Shown: one piece after another, positions 43,494 to 53,926 of the stretch
Layout: each line of letters opens with the position of its first letter
Numbering within the stretch: position 1 is the first letter of the stretch
Source: Candidatus Eiseniibacteriota bacterium
Lineage (GTDB): Bacteria; Eisenbacteria; RBG-16-71-46
DNA: 64,000 nucleotides
Direction of reading: 5' to 3'
NCBI GenBank assembly: GCA_963717935.1
Contig: CAVQXP010000002.1
Span: 160,001-224,000, forward strand
Program-made: the position numbers and the translations under genes
Notes under the pieces: generated by a model
What the model saw: only the letters and a program-made list of their open reading frames with translations
Told to the model about the DNA's origin: nothing
Database searches by the model: none

Positions 43494-45215
43494 ATGGAGC
43501 CACAGGAAGCTCTGGATCGGGCCCGTCCACCCGCGCCCCGCGGCAGGACTGGCCTCTGGCGCTGCGTCTGGTGGGCCCATCTCGCTCTCGTCCTGGTCGC
43601 GTCGCCGCTCGTGGGCGGTGCCGCCGCGGTCGCGTCGCCTGCGGACGATTCGACCGCTTCCGCTACGCCGCCCGACTCCCTGCGCCCGGTGGTCGAAACC
43701 CGCGCCGCGCCGGACACGGCGCGATGGCGCGTCGAAGCCGGGATCGGCACGGACATCACCAACGAGCAGTTCCATGGTGATTCGACCGCTTCCGCTACGC
43801 CGCCCGACTCCCTGCGCCCGGTGGTCGAAACCCGCGCCGCGCCGGACACGGCGCGATGGCGCGTCGAAGCCGGGATCGGCACGGACATCACCAACGAACA
43901 GTTCCATGGTGATTCGACCGCTTCCGCTACGCCGCCCGACTCCCTGCGCCCGGTGGTCGAAACCCGCGCCGCGCCGGACACGGCGCGATGGCGCGTCGAA
44001 GCCGGGATCGGCACGGACATCACCAACGAACAGTTCTATGAGGATGCCTTCCTGGCCGATACGACGGCCTTCGGGAGGCGGCTGATCAGCACGCCGGAGG
44101 CGCGCTACGCAGGCGTGTTCGACGTGCGGCTCGAGGGCACGCGCGCCCGCCGCGCCTTGCGCTACCGACTCCACCACGCACTGAGTCTGGGGGATCTGCT
44201 GCAGCGCGGCGTGCTCGACCTCGACTACAGCCACGACTTCGCGCCGGACTGGCGGCTTCGCTTCGCTCCACGTGCCGAGTTGCGCCACGACCGCACCTTC
44301 GGCCGCGACCTGACGGAAGCGCGGGAGGGTGCCACCGCCCGGCTGCGCCACACGGTCCGCGGCGACGACACGTTCGCCGAGTTGGGTCTCGGCGGTGACT
44401 TCCTGCGCACGTGGGGGCGGGGGGCGGACTTCATCCTCGACCGGAACGCCGGATCCGTGTCGCTCGCGCTCGACCACTTCGGGCTCCAGCCCGGGGAGTG
44501 GCGCCTGGGTTGGAATCTCGTGGTGCGCTCTTTCCCGGATTCCTCCGAGCGGAGCCATCTCGAGCACGGTTGGGAAGGGCGCTGGCGGCACGTGACGGCC
44601 GGGGGACACGCGCTCGCGCTCGAGACGGCAGGCGCGCGCCGTGCCACGCTCGCGGCCGCTCCCACCACCCGCGACCGGTTCTGGGAGGGGAGCGTGGCGC
44701 TCGATCTGGAGCTGTGGTCGCTGGCGACGTGGTCGTGGCGCACGCGGGTGGAGGGGGGGGTGCTGCGCTACGACCGTGAGGACAGCCTGCTGTACCTCGG
44801 CACGCGCGTGCTCCGCGGGCGCATGGGGCCCCGCCTGCAGAGCGCCGCCGGATGGAGTCTGGGGCTCGCCGCGCGCGGCGAGCGGCTGGAGAGCCCCCGT
44901 GATCCGGGTGAGGAATACGTCGAGACCGGTGGCGAGCTGGCCTTCGAGTGGCTCGGCCGTCGCGGTTGGTGGAGCCTGGCGCCAGCGGCCGGCTGGCGCC
45001 AGTATCTCGGCCCGCCGGACGGACTGGATTCGGCCTTGCTGTCCGGCATCCACTCCTCTTTCGCCTTCTACGAGCTCGCCGTGTTCGGGGATCAGCCGCT
45101 CCCGGGCTCGCTGTGCCTTCGCCTGGCAGGGGTAGGCCGGACGGAGGCCCACAGCAACGGCACGGAGGACGCGCGCAGCCTTTACTTCTCTCTGGACCTG
45201 CGTAGACTCTTCTGA
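43494..45215 (+). CDS. Putative outer-membrane beta-barrel protein with an N-terminal 44-aa triplication
   Basis: Hydrophobic signal region; alternating amphipathic strands rich in W/Y/G/R; C-terminus YFSLDLRRLF; start uncertain. Confidence 0.7.
   Translation: MEPQEALDRARPPAPRGRTGLWRCVWWAHLALVLVASPLVGGAAAVASPADDSTASATPPDSLRPVVETRAAPDTARWRVEAGIGTDITNEQFHGDSTASATPPDSLRPVVETRAAPDTARWRVEAGIGTDITNEQFHGDSTASATPPDSLRPVVETRAAPDTARWRVEAGIGTDITNEQFYEDAFLADTTAFGRRLISTPEARYAGVFDVRLEGTRARRALRYRLHHALSLGDLLQRGVLDLDYSHDFAPDWRLRFAPRAELRHDRTFGRDLTEAREGATARLRHTVRGDDTFAELGLGGDFLRTWGRGADFILDRNAGSVSLALDHFGLQPGEWRLGWNLVVRSFPDSSERSHLEHGWEGRWRHVTAGGHALALETAGARRATLAAAPTTRDRFWEGSVALDLELWSLATWSWRTRVEGGVLRYDREDSLLYLGTRVLRGRMGPRLQSAAGWSLGLAARGERLESPRDPGEEYVETGGELAFEWLGRRGWWSLAPAAGWRQYLGPPDGLDSALLSGIHSSFAFYELAVFGDQPLPGSLCLRLAGVGRTEAHSNGTEDARSLYFSLDLRRLF
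43647..44036 (+). repeat. In-frame 132-bp tandem repeat, about three copies
   Basis: Units start at 43647, 43779 and 43911; identical except GAG/GAA and the end of the third copy. Confidence 0.97.
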
Positions 45216-45250
45216 CGGTTCGCCACCCCAGGCTCCTGGAGACTCTGCCC

Positions 45251-46984
45251 ATGCCCACCCGTCGAGGTGTTCTCGCGTTCGTGCTGGGCGGAGTGCTGCT
45301 CGGTCTTGCGATGCTCGGGGTCGCCCTGAACCTGCGCCGCCCGGCGGTCGCGCGGCTCTCCGCGCCGGTCGTGCTCGTCTTCGATGTCCCCGAGGCGCTC
45401 TCCGAAGGACCGTCTCCGGCGCGCTCGGTCTTCCTGGGGCCGCGTCGGCGCGCCCGTTACACCACGTACGACGTGCTGCGCGCCCTGCGTCACGCGGCGG
45501 ACGACGACCAGGTGAGCGGCCTCGTCCTGCACGTGGGCTCGCTGGACTGGGGCTGGGCGAAGATCGGCGAGGTGCGCGACGCGGTGGCGCGCTTCCGGCA
45601 GGCCGGCAAGCCGGTTTACGCCAGCATCACCGGTGGGGGGGACCGCGAGTACCTGCTGGCCTCGGTGGCCGGCACGGTCGCGATGCCGCCCACCGCCGTG
45701 CTCCAGCTCGACGGCCTCGTGGCCACGGCGACCTACTTTCGCGGGGCGTTCGACAAGTTCGGCGTGAGCCCGAACTTCGCGCACGTCGGGCGCTTCAAGT
45801 CCGGCGTCGAGCCGTATACGCGCACCGGCATGTCGCCCGAAGCGCGCGCGGATCTCGGCACCCTGCTGGACGACCTCTACGGGGCGCTGCTCGACAGCCT
45901 GGGCAGCGCGCGCCGTCTGCCGCGCGATTCGGTGGCCCGGCTCGTGGACGAAGGCCCGTTCACGTCCGCGGAGGCCTGGCAACGCGGCCTGCTCGACACT
46001 CTTCTCTACGACACCGAGGTGGACACGCTCGCCCTGCACCGCGGCGGCCGGCGGCTGCCCAGCGTGACTTTCGCCCGCTACCTCGCCGGCTTGTCGGCGC
46101 CTTCGCGCGGGAGTCGCGTGGCGCTGGTGGTCGCCGAAGGAGCGATCGTGGGCGGCCGCAGCCGGCAGCTGCCCGGACAGGATGCGGACCTCGGTTCGGA
46201 GACGGTGATCGAGGCGCTGCGGCAGGCCCGCACGCGCAAGGCCATCAAAGCCATCGTGCTGCGGATCGACAGCCCGGGCGGGATGACGGGCCCTTCGGAC
46301 GACATCTGGCGCGAGGTCCAGCGCTGCCGGGTGGTCAAGCCCGTCATCGTGAGCATGTCCGACGTGGCGGCCTCGGGCGGCTACTACTTCGCCGTCGCGG
46401 CCGACAGCATCGTGGCCTCGCCCGCGACGCTCACGGGCTCGATCGGCATCTACGGCGGCAAGTTCAACATCCTGGGCCTCTATCGCAAGCTCGGCCTGAA
46501 CGTGGAGACCGTCTCGCGCGGCCGTCACGCGGAGATGCTTTCGCCCTACCGCGACTTCTCGCCCGAGGAAGCCAGGCGTTTCGAGCAGGGCCTCGAGAGC
46601 TTCTACCGGGGCTTCGTGGCCCGCGTGGCCCGGGGCCGGCGGTTGTCGGAGGCCGCGGTGGACTCGGTGGCGGCGGGCCGCGTCTGGACCGGGGAAGCGG
46701 CGCGGGCGCACGGTCTGGTGGACCGGCTGGGCGGGCTCGAGACGGCCTTCGTGATGGCGCGCTCTCTGGCGCGCGTCCCGGCGGGCGAGGCGTTGGTGGT
46801 CGAGCGCTACCCGCGCGTGCGGCGCTCGTTCCTCGAGCGCCTGCTCGAGGGCCTCGTCCTCGGGGACGACGAGACCGACGCCGCGCTCTCCCTGCCGCCG
46901 ATGCTGCGGGCCTGGGCCGCGGTCGAGCGCTTCCCGACGGGCGAGCCCCTCGCGATCATGCCGTACCGGCTCGAGGTGCGCTGA
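45251..46984 (+). CDS. sppA: Signal peptide peptidase (67K type)
   Basis: Two S49 domains; GRFKSGVE, LRIDSPGG, SMSDVAASGGYY, TGSIG and GRVWTG motifs. Confidence 0.94.
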   Translation: MPTRRGVLAFVLGGVLLGLAMLGVALNLRRPAVARLSAPVVLVFDVPEALSEGPSPARSVFLGPRRRARYTTYDVLRALRHAADDDQVSGLVLHVGSLDWGWAKIGEVRDAVARFRQAGKPVYASITGGGDREYLLASVAGTVAMPPTAVLQLDGLVATATYFRGAFDKFGVSPNFAHVGRFKSGVEPYTRTGMSPEARADLGTLLDDLYGALLDSLGSARRLPRDSVARLVDEGPFTSAEAWQRGLLDTLLYDTEVDTLALHRGGRRLPSVTFARYLAGLSAPSRGSRVALVVAEGAIVGGRSRQLPGQDADLGSETVIEALRQARTRKAIKAIVLRIDSPGGMTGPSDDIWREVQRCRVVKPVIVSMSDVAASGGYYFAVAADSIVASPATLTGSIGIYGGKFNILGLYRKLGLNVETVSRGRHAEMLSPYRDFSPEEARRFEQGLESFYRGFVARVARGRRLSEAAVDSVAAGRVWTGEAARAHGLVDRLGGLETAFVMARSLARVPAGEALVVERYPRVRRSFLERLLEGLVLGDDETDAALSLPPMLRAWAAVERFPTGEPLAIMPYRLEVR

Positions 46985-47372
46985 GCTTCCTGGCCGGTCC
47001 CGTCTCGTCCCAGGCCGCCATCCCCGGCTTCATCTTGCCGTTCGTGATGCGATCGCGCAGGAAGTCGTCGGTCCACCCGGGGCTGTCCGCGAGCTTCGAG
47101 GCCTTCCAGTTCGGCGCCGGGTCGCTCATCCGCGTGACGTGGCCCGAGCCGTCCGGTTGCGCGTCGGGCGTAGGTTCGGATGCTGCAACCTCTTCGATGC
47201 GCCCGGCGGCTGGCGGCTCGATCGAGCATCCAGGCACGGCCGCGCTTGACCCGTTCTCGAGCGGGGTGGTAGATTCCGTTGCCGCATAGCCTTACGGTCA
47301 ACACGGTTTGCATTTCCCTCCGAGCAAGTTCCCACGATTGCCGCACGATCCGCACTGGCGGGGAGGTGTCTT

Positions 47373-49469
47373 TTGAAGGAGTTCACCACCGCTCAGATTC
47401 GCAACGTCGCTCTCGTCTCGCACCACGGTGTCGGCAAGACGTCGTTGGCCGAGGCGATGCTGTTCAATGCGAAGGCGACCACCCGGCTCGGCCGCATCGC
47501 GGACGGGACCACGCTGCTCGACTACGCCACCGACGAGCTCCAGCGCCAGATCACGATCAACCTCAAGCTGGCGCAATTCGAGTGGCAGGGGCACAAGATC
47601 AATCTGCTCGACACCCCGGGCTACCCCGACTTCGTGGGTGATGTCTACAGCGCGCTGCGCGTGGCCGACTCCGCCATCCTTCTCGTGCGCGGGGCCAGCG
47701 GCGTCGAGGTGGGCACCGAGGTGGTCTGGGAAGTGGTGCGCCAGGAGAAGACCCCGGTCCTGGTCGCGGTCAACATGATGGACAAGGAGCACGCGGATTT
47801 CGACACGGCGGTGCTCTCGCTGCGCAAGCGCCTGGGCATCAACGCGGTGCCGGTCCAGCTCCCGATCGGCCAGGCAGAGGCCTTCCACGGCATCGTGGAC
47901 CTGATCGAGAACAAGGCCTGGGTCTTCTCCGGCAAGGGCATGGAGGAGAAGAGCGAGTCCGCACCCATCCCCGGCGACATGACGGCCAAGGTCGCCGAGG
48001 CCCGCAACCACCTGCTCGAGGAGGCCGCCACCGGCGACGAGGGGCTCATGAACAAGTTCCTCGAGACGGGCGAGCTCACCGTCGAGGAGATCCGGCGTGG
48101 CCTCACGTTGCGCGTGGTCCAGCGCGACCTCTCGCCGGTGTTCTGCTGCGGGGCCTACCACAACCAGGGCATCCGCGAACTCCTCGACGAGGTCGTGGAC
48201 CTGCTGCCCTCGCCACTCGACGTGGCGCCCGTGACGGGCAAGGCGAACGGCGCGGAGATCGTCTGCAAGCCGGACCCGGCTGAACCCGTGGCGACGATGG
48301 TGTTCAAGACCCTCTCCGAGCAGCACCTCGGCGACCTCTCCCTGGTGCGCGTCTACTCCGGGCACCTCGAAGCCGGCAAGGAGCTGGCAAACACCACGCG
48401 GAACCGCTCCGAGAAGACCGGCACGCTCTACCACCTCGTGGGCAAGGAGCGCATCGAGTGCAAGAGCGCGGTGGCCGGCGACATCGTGGCCGCGGTGAAG
48501 CTCCGCGAGACGCACACCGGCGACACGCTGGCCGACAAGGCGCGGCCGGTCCTGCTCCCGCCCCCGGACTTCCCCGCGCCGGTGACCGCGGAGTGCGTGC
48601 GGCCCAAGAGCAAGGGCGACGAGGAGAAGATGGCGCAGGGGCTCAACCGCCTGCACGAGGAGGACCCCACCTTCAGCCGGGCCTACGAGGTCAGCACCAA
48701 GGAGACGCTCGTCACCGGCATGGGGGACCTGCAGTTCGACGTCATGGTGGACCGGCTCAAGAAGCGTTTCGGCGTCGAGGTCCTGCTGCAGCGGCCGCGG
48801 GTGCCCTACCGCGAGACCGTCCGGGGCACGGCCAAGGGCGAGTACCGGCACAAGAAGCAGACGGGCGGCCGCGGCCAGTTCGGCGAGGTGCACCTGCGGG
48901 TCGAGCCCCGCAAGCGCAGCGAGGGCTTCGCATTCCTCGACGAGGTCAAGGGCGGCGTGGTGCCCAACCAGTTCATCCCGGCGGTCGAGAAGGGCGTCGT
49001 CGCCGGCATGGAGAAGGGTCCGATCGCCGGCTATCCGGTCGTGGACGTGGCGGTCGCGCTCTACTTCGGCAAGCACCACGACGTGGATTCATCGGAGATG
49101 GCGTTCAAGATCGCGGCTGAGACCTGCTTCCACCAGGTGATGATGGAGGCCAACCCGATCCTGCTCGAGCCCATCGAGGAGATCGCCGTGCGCGTGCCCG
49201 AGGAGTTCCTCGGCGACGTGATGGGCGACCTCTCCTCGCGGCGCGGCAAGATCCTGGGGACCGACGCGGACGGTTCGCACCAGATCATCCGGGCGCTGGC
49301 GCCGACCTCGGAGATCTACAAGTACGCGACCCACCTGCGCTCGCTGACGCAGGGCCGGGGCATGCACTCGGCCCGGCTCTCTCACTACGAGGAGGTGCCG
49401 CGCGAGTTGACCGAGAAGGTCGTTGCCGCGGTGCGAGCCGAGAAGGAGGCAGGGGCGAACGCCGGTTAG
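47373..49469 (+). CDS. fusA: Elongation factor G paralog (EF-G2-like)
   Basis: TTG start after GGAGG; SHHGVGKT, DTPGYPDF, HKKQTGGRGQFG, HDVDSSEMAF and LRSLTQGRG motifs. Confidence 0.92.
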   Translation: MKEFTTAQIRNVALVSHHGVGKTSLAEAMLFNAKATTRLGRIADGTTLLDYATDELQRQITINLKLAQFEWQGHKINLLDTPGYPDFVGDVYSALRVADSAILLVRGASGVEVGTEVVWEVVRQEKTPVLVAVNMMDKEHADFDTAVLSLRKRLGINAVPVQLPIGQAEAFHGIVDLIENKAWVFSGKGMEEKSESAPIPGDMTAKVAEARNHLLEEAATGDEGLMNKFLETGELTVEEIRRGLTLRVVQRDLSPVFCCGAYHNQGIRELLDEVVDLLPSPLDVAPVTGKANGAEIVCKPDPAEPVATMVFKTLSEQHLGDLSLVRVYSGHLEAGKELANTTRNRSEKTGTLYHLVGKERIECKSAVAGDIVAAVKLRETHTGDTLADKARPVLLPPPDFPAPVTAECVRPKSKGDEEKMAQGLNRLHEEDPTFSRAYEVSTKETLVTGMGDLQFDVMVDRLKKRFGVEVLLQRPRVPYRETVRGTAKGEYRHKKQTGGRGQFGEVHLRVEPRKRSEGFAFLDEVKGGVVPNQFIPAVEKGVVAGMEKGPIAGYPVVDVAVALYFGKHHDVDSSEMAFKIAAETCFHQVMMEANPILLEPIEEIAVRVPEEFLGDVMGDLSSRRGKILGTDADGSHQIIRALAPTSEIYKYATHLRSLTQGRGMHSARLSHYEEVPRELTEKVVAAVRAEKEAGANAG

Positions 49470-49487
49470 GCGGCGCTCCCGGAACCC

Positions 49488-50234
49488 ATGTCCGGCCACT
49501 CTAAATGGGCGACGATCAAGCGGAAGAAGGCTGCGACCGATCAGGCCCGTGGCAAGGTGTTCTCCAAGTACATCAAGGAGATCACGCTCGCGGCCCGGGG
49601 CGGTCCCGATCCGAACATCAACCCGCGGCTGCGCAGCGCCATCTCGGCGGCCAAGTCCGTCAACATGCCGGCGAACAACATCGATCGCGCCATCCAGCGC
49701 GGCGCCGGCCTGGAAGAGGGCGTGCACTTCGAGGAGACGCAGTACGAGGGGTACGGGCCGGGTGGCGTGGCCCTGCTCGTCGAGGTGGCGACCGACAACC
49801 GCAACCGAACGGCAGGCGAGATCCGCCACACCTTCACCAAGCACGGCGCGGCGCTGGGTGAGGCCGGCAGCGTGGCCTACCTGTTCAAGCCGCGCGGCGT
49901 GATCCTCGTGGAGAAGGCCGCGCTGGACGAGGAGGCCCTCATGGAGATCGTGCTCGAGGCCGGGGCCGACGACGTCTCCAGCGAGGGCGACGCCTACGAG
50001 ATCCTCACCCCGCCCGCGCAGTTCGAGGCCGTGAAGGAGGCGCTGGCCGCGAAGTCGGTGCCCACGCAGAGCGCCGAGCTCACCAAGATCGCCAGCCTGC
50101 TGGTCCCGGTCACGGAGAAGGTGGCCGAGTCGCTGCTGAAGCTGGTGGACACGCTCGAGGACCACGACGACGTGCAGAAGGTGTACGCCAACTTCAGCAT
50201 GTCCGACGAGCTGATGGCGAAGCTCTCGCGCTGA
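49488..50234 (+). CDS. yebC: YebC/PmpR-family protein
   Basis: MSGHSKWATIKRKK, YEGYGPGG and TDNRNRT motifs. Confidence 0.96.
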   Translation: MSGHSKWATIKRKKAATDQARGKVFSKYIKEITLAARGGPDPNINPRLRSAISAAKSVNMPANNIDRAIQRGAGLEEGVHFEETQYEGYGPGGVALLVEVATDNRNRTAGEIRHTFTKHGAALGEAGSVAYLFKPRGVILVEKAALDEEALMEIVLEAGADDVSSEGDAYEILTPPAQFEAVKEALAAKSVPTQSAELTKIASLLVPVTEKVAESLLKLVDTLEDHDDVQKVYANFSMSDELMAKLSR

Positions 50235-50325
50235 CGCCCGGCGCGGAGTCCAGCCCGGACGATTCATGAAGCGCGTTCGCAGCAGCGGTTCATGAATGGT
50301 CCGGGCTAAGGGGGGGACGGACGCC

Positions 50326-50868
50326 ATGAGGGTGCTGGGCCTCGACCCCGGCAGCCGGCGGACGGGCTACGGGGTGGTCGAGCGCGACGGCAGCCTGTTC
50401 CGCGCGCTCGCCCACGGGGTGTTCGCCCCGCCCGCCCGCCTCGATCTGGCGCACCGCCTGCACGCCATCGCCATGCGCGCCGGCGAGGTCATGGACGCGC
50501 AGCAGCCCGACGCGGTCGTCATCGAGGAGGCTTTCTACCACGAGAGCGTGCGCTCGACCCTGGTGCTGGGCCACGTCCGCGGCGCGCTGCTGGTGGCCGC
50601 GGTGCAGCGCGGGCTCGCGCTCGCCGAGTACAGCCCCCGCGAGATCAAGCTGAGCGTCACCGGCTCGGGCGCGGCCTCGAAGGACCAGGTCGCCTTCATG
50701 GTGCGCCGCCTGCTCGGTCTGAAGGGCGCCCTTTCGCCCGACGCCTCCGACGCGCTCGGTGCCGCGATCTGTCACCTGCAGCGCGCGCGCCACAGCGAGC
50801 CGGCGCGCGCCATGACGGCCGCGGCGAAGAGCCTCGAGGCGCTGCTCAAGGGCCGGGCCCGGCGATGA
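50326..50868 (+). CDS. ruvC: Holliday junction resolvase
   Basis: [23 protein letters not shown] and DASDALG motifs. Confidence 0.96.
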   Translation: MRVLGLDPGSRRTGYGVVERDGSLFRALAHGVFAPPARLDLAHRLHAIAMRAGEVMDAQQPDAVVIEEAFYHESVRSTLVLGHVRGALLVAAVQRGLALAEYSPREIKLSVTGSGAASKDQVAFMVRRLLGLKGALSPDASDALGAAICHLQRARHSEPARAMTAAAKSLEALLKGRARR

Positions 50869-51500
50869 TCGCCTCGCTGCGCGGCACCTTGCTCGAGAAG
50901 ACGCCCGGCGCCTGCGTGCTCGAGGCGGGCGGGGTCGGCTACCTGGTCCAGGTCTCGAGCCACACGGCCGCCGGCCTGCCGGCCGCGGGCCAGCCCGCGT
51001 TCCTGCGCACGCGCCAGATCGTGCGCGAGGACGCGGTCCAGCTCTTCGGCTTCGCCGCCGCGGAGGAACTCGAGCTCTTCGACCTGATGATCGCGGTGAG
51101 CGGCGTGGGACCGCGGCTCGCGCTCGCCGTGCTCTCGGGGCTCCGGCCGCAGGCGCTGCGCCGCGCCATCCGCGAGGAGCAGGTGGGGTTGCTCACCAGC
51201 GTGCCCGGCATCGGCAGGAAGACCGCCGAGCGGCTGGTCGTGGAGCTGCGCGACAAGCTCGAGGCGCTCCCCGTGCCCGGGGGCGCGGAGCCCGCGCGGG
51301 ATGGCGGCCTGCTGCCGCGCTCGGAGCGCTGGAACGATGCCGTCGCGGCGCTCACGCGCCTCGGGTACACTGCGGCGCAGGCACAGGAGGCCGTGCGCCG
51401 GGCCGCCGGGGCCGAGGAGGATCCGTCGCTGGAGCAACTGGTGCGCCGTGCCCTGGCCCTGCTGGGGCGGCCGGCCACCTCAGGCAAGGAGAGGCAGTGA
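50865..51500 (+). CDS. ruvA: Holliday junction branch migration protein
   Basis: [21 protein letters not shown] and [10 protein letters not shown] motifs. Confidence 0.96.
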   Translation: MIASLRGTLLEKTPGACVLEAGGVGYLVQVSSHTAAGLPAAGQPAFLRTRQIVREDAVQLFGFAAAEELELFDLMIAVSGVGPRLALAVLSGLRPQALRRAIREEQVGLLTSVPGIGRKTAERLVVELRDKLEALPVPGGAEPARDGGLLPRSERWNDAVAALTRLGYTAAQAQEAVRRAAGAEEDPSLEQLVRRALALLGRPATSGKERQ

Positions 51501-52585
51501 GTCCGAGCGCGCGCCGCACGCCCGACCCGGCGTCACCCCCGTCCCACGACCGCGTCGCCGACCCCGAGGCGCTGCCCGAGGACCTCCAGGAGGAGCAGCG
51601 GCTCCGTCCCCTGGTGCTCGATGAATTCGTCGGGCAGCCGGGGCTCAAGGAGCAGCTGCGCATCTTCATCGAGGCCGCCCGGCGCCGTGGCGACGCGCTC
51701 GATCACGTGCTCTTCCACGGCCCCCCCGGGCTCGGCAAGACCACGCTGGCCTCGATCCTCGCGCACGAACTCGGCGTGGACATCACCCACACCTCGGGGC
51801 CGGTCATCGAGCGCCCCGGCGACCTGGCCGGGCTGCTGACGAACCTGCCGCCGCGCGGCATCCTGTTCGTGGACGAGATCCACCGCATGAGCCCGGTGAT
51901 CGAGGAGTACCTCTACCCGGCGCTCGAGGACTTCACGATCGACATCATGCTCGACCGCGGTCCCAGCGCCCGCTCGCTCAAGATCAACCTCGAGCGCTTC
52001 ACGCTGGTCGGCGCCACCACGCGCTCGGGCCTTCTGTCCGCGCCGCTGCGCGCGCGTTTTGGCGTCACCATGCGGCTCGACTACTACGGCGTCGAGGATC
52101 TCGCTCGCATCGTCACGCGCTCGGCCGGCATCCTCAAGGTGGAGACCGAGCCCGATGCCGCGCGGGAGATCGCGCGCCGGGCGCGCGGAACGCCCCGGGT
52201 GGCGAACCGGTTGCTGCGGCGCGTGCGCGACTTCGCCCTCATCAGGGCCGACGCGAAGGTCACCCTGCCGGTGACGCGCGAGGCGCTCCGGATGCTGGCC
52301 GTGGACGAGCGCGGGCTCGACGAGATGGACCGCCGCCTGCTCGACGCGCTCATCCAGAAGTACGGCGGCGGTCCCGTCGGCCTGGGCACGCTGGCCGTCG
52401 TCGTGGGCGAGGAGCCGGGCACGCTCGAGGAGGTCTACGAGCCGTTCCTCATCCAGGAGGGCTTCCTCAAGCGCACGCCGCGCGGCCGTGAGGCCACGGC
52501 TCTCGCCTACGAGCACCTCGGCCTGAAGGCGCCCGGCGGTGTTCCCGGCCCCGGCGACGCCCAGCCCGAGTTGCCGCTCTCCTGA
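51497..52585 (+). CDS. ruvB: Holliday junction branch migration helicase
   Basis: [27 protein letters not shown] and RTPRGR motifs. Confidence 0.98.
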   Translation: MSPSARRTPDPASPPSHDRVADPEALPEDLQEEQRLRPLVLDEFVGQPGLKEQLRIFIEAARRRGDALDHVLFHGPPGLGKTTLASILAHELGVDITHTSGPVIERPGDLAGLLTNLPPRGILFVDEIHRMSPVIEEYLYPALEDFTIDIMLDRGPSARSLKINLERFTLVGATTRSGLLSAPLRARFGVTMRLDYYGVEDLARIVTRSAGILKVETEPDAAREIARRARGTPRVANRLLRRVRDFALIRADAKVTLPVTREALRMLAVDERGLDEMDRRLLDALIQKYGGGPVGLGTLAVVVGEEPGTLEEVYEPFLIQEGFLKRTPRGREATALAYEHLGLKAPGGVPGPGDAQPELPLS

Positions 52586-52629
52586 GCCCGGGCCCGAGTG
52601 GCGTCCCTCCTTCGAGCGTGAGCCCCCCC

Positions 52630-53658
52630 ATGCGCCTGGAAGACCTCGACTACGACCTGCCGCCCGAGTTGATCGCGCAGCACCCGGCGGAGCGTCGCGA
52701 GGACGCGCGCCTGCTCGTGGTCGAGCGCGTGACCGGGACGCTCCACGACTCGAGCATCGCCGACCTCGGCCGCTGGCTGAGGCCGGGCGACGCGCTCGCC
52801 CTGAACGAGACCCGTGTGCGGCCCGCGCGGCTCGACGTGCGGCGCGCGAGCGGCGGGCGCGTCGAGTTGCTGGTCGTGCGCCCGGAGCCCGGCGGGTGCT
52901 GGCGTGTGCTCGCCAGGCCTGCGAAGAAGGCCCCCGCCGGCGCGGTGCTGACGACCGACGACGGCTGCCTGACGCTCGAGGTGGTCGAGACCGGTCCCGA
53001 GGGCGAGCGCGTGATGCGCGTGGTGGCCGGCGATCTGGACCGGGCGCTCGAGGCGCACGGCCGCGTGCCGCTGCCACCCTACATCCACCGGCCTCCCGAT
53101 CCCGAGGACCGCGAGCGCTACCAGACCGTCTTCGCGCGCGTGGACGGCGCCGTCGCGGCGCCCACGGCGGGGCTCCACTTCAGCGAGGTCCTGCTCGAGT
53201 CGCTCGCCGCGATGGGCGTGGCGCGGGTGCCCCTGCTGCTGCACGTCGGCCCTGGCACGTTCCGGCCCATCGCGGCCCCGGACCCGCGGGAGCACGTGAT
53301 GGACGAAGAGTGGTTCGACGTGAGCGGCGAGGCGGCCGCGGCCCTGAATGCCGCCCGGGCCCGCAGTGGACGCATCGTCGCGGTGGGGACGACCGCCGTG
53401 CGCGCCCTCGAATCGGCCTGCGACCAGAACCGTGACACGCTCGCCGCTGCGCGCGGCTGGACGCGCAAGTTCATCCTGCCGCCCTACGAATTCCGTGCGG
53501 TGGACGCGCTGCTCACCAACTTCCACCTGCCCCGCACCACGCTGCTCCTGCTGGTCGCGGCCCTGGCGGGGGAGGGGTTGCTCCGGCGTGCCTACGCGCA
53601 CGCCGTGGCCGGGCGCTACCGCTTCTACTCGTACGGGGACGCGATGCTGGTGGTGTAG
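52630..53658 (+). CDS. queA: S-adenosylmethionine:tRNA ribosyltransferase-isomerase
   Basis: DYDLPPELIAQ, PLPPYI, YQTVFA, AAPTAGLHF and RFYSYGDAML motifs. Confidence 0.97.
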   Translation: MRLEDLDYDLPPELIAQHPAERREDARLLVVERVTGTLHDSSIADLGRWLRPGDALALNETRVRPARLDVRRASGGRVELLVVRPEPGGCWRVLARPAKKAPAGAVLTTDDGCLTLEVVETGPEGERVMRVVAGDLDRALEAHGRVPLPPYIHRPPDPEDRERYQTVFARVDGAVAAPTAGLHFSEVLLESLAAMGVARVPLLLHVGPGTFRPIAAPDPREHVMDEEWFDVSGEAAAALNAARARSGRIVAVGTTAVRALESACDQNRDTLAAARGWTRKFILPPYEFRAVDALLTNFHLPRTTLLLLVAALAGEGLLRRAYAHAVAGRYRFYSYGDAMLVV

Positions 53659-53926
53659 TGAACGCGCACCGCCCGCCCGCGAGCCTCCCCGGACCGCAGG
53701 CGGCTGAGTACCCACCCGCCGCTGTCCGGGTCCAGGGAGGCCCGCCGGCCAAGGCCCGGAGGGCGGTCAGGCGCCCGCCCGCCCGCTCGCCCTCCGGTCC
53801 GGCCAAGGCCCGGTGCCCCGGCCCGGCCGTCCTCAATCCGGCAGTTCCTCGTTCTCATTCCTGTGCTAACGTCCGGACGATCGCGGACCGGCATCCGAAG
53901 GGTGCCATCGGTCGCAGGGAGGTCCC

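Noticed and set aside
43647..44036. 132-bp and 59-bp repeats as possible CRISPR arrays
   Set aside because: Head-to-tail units without unique spacers, wrong lengths, and no cas genes in the window
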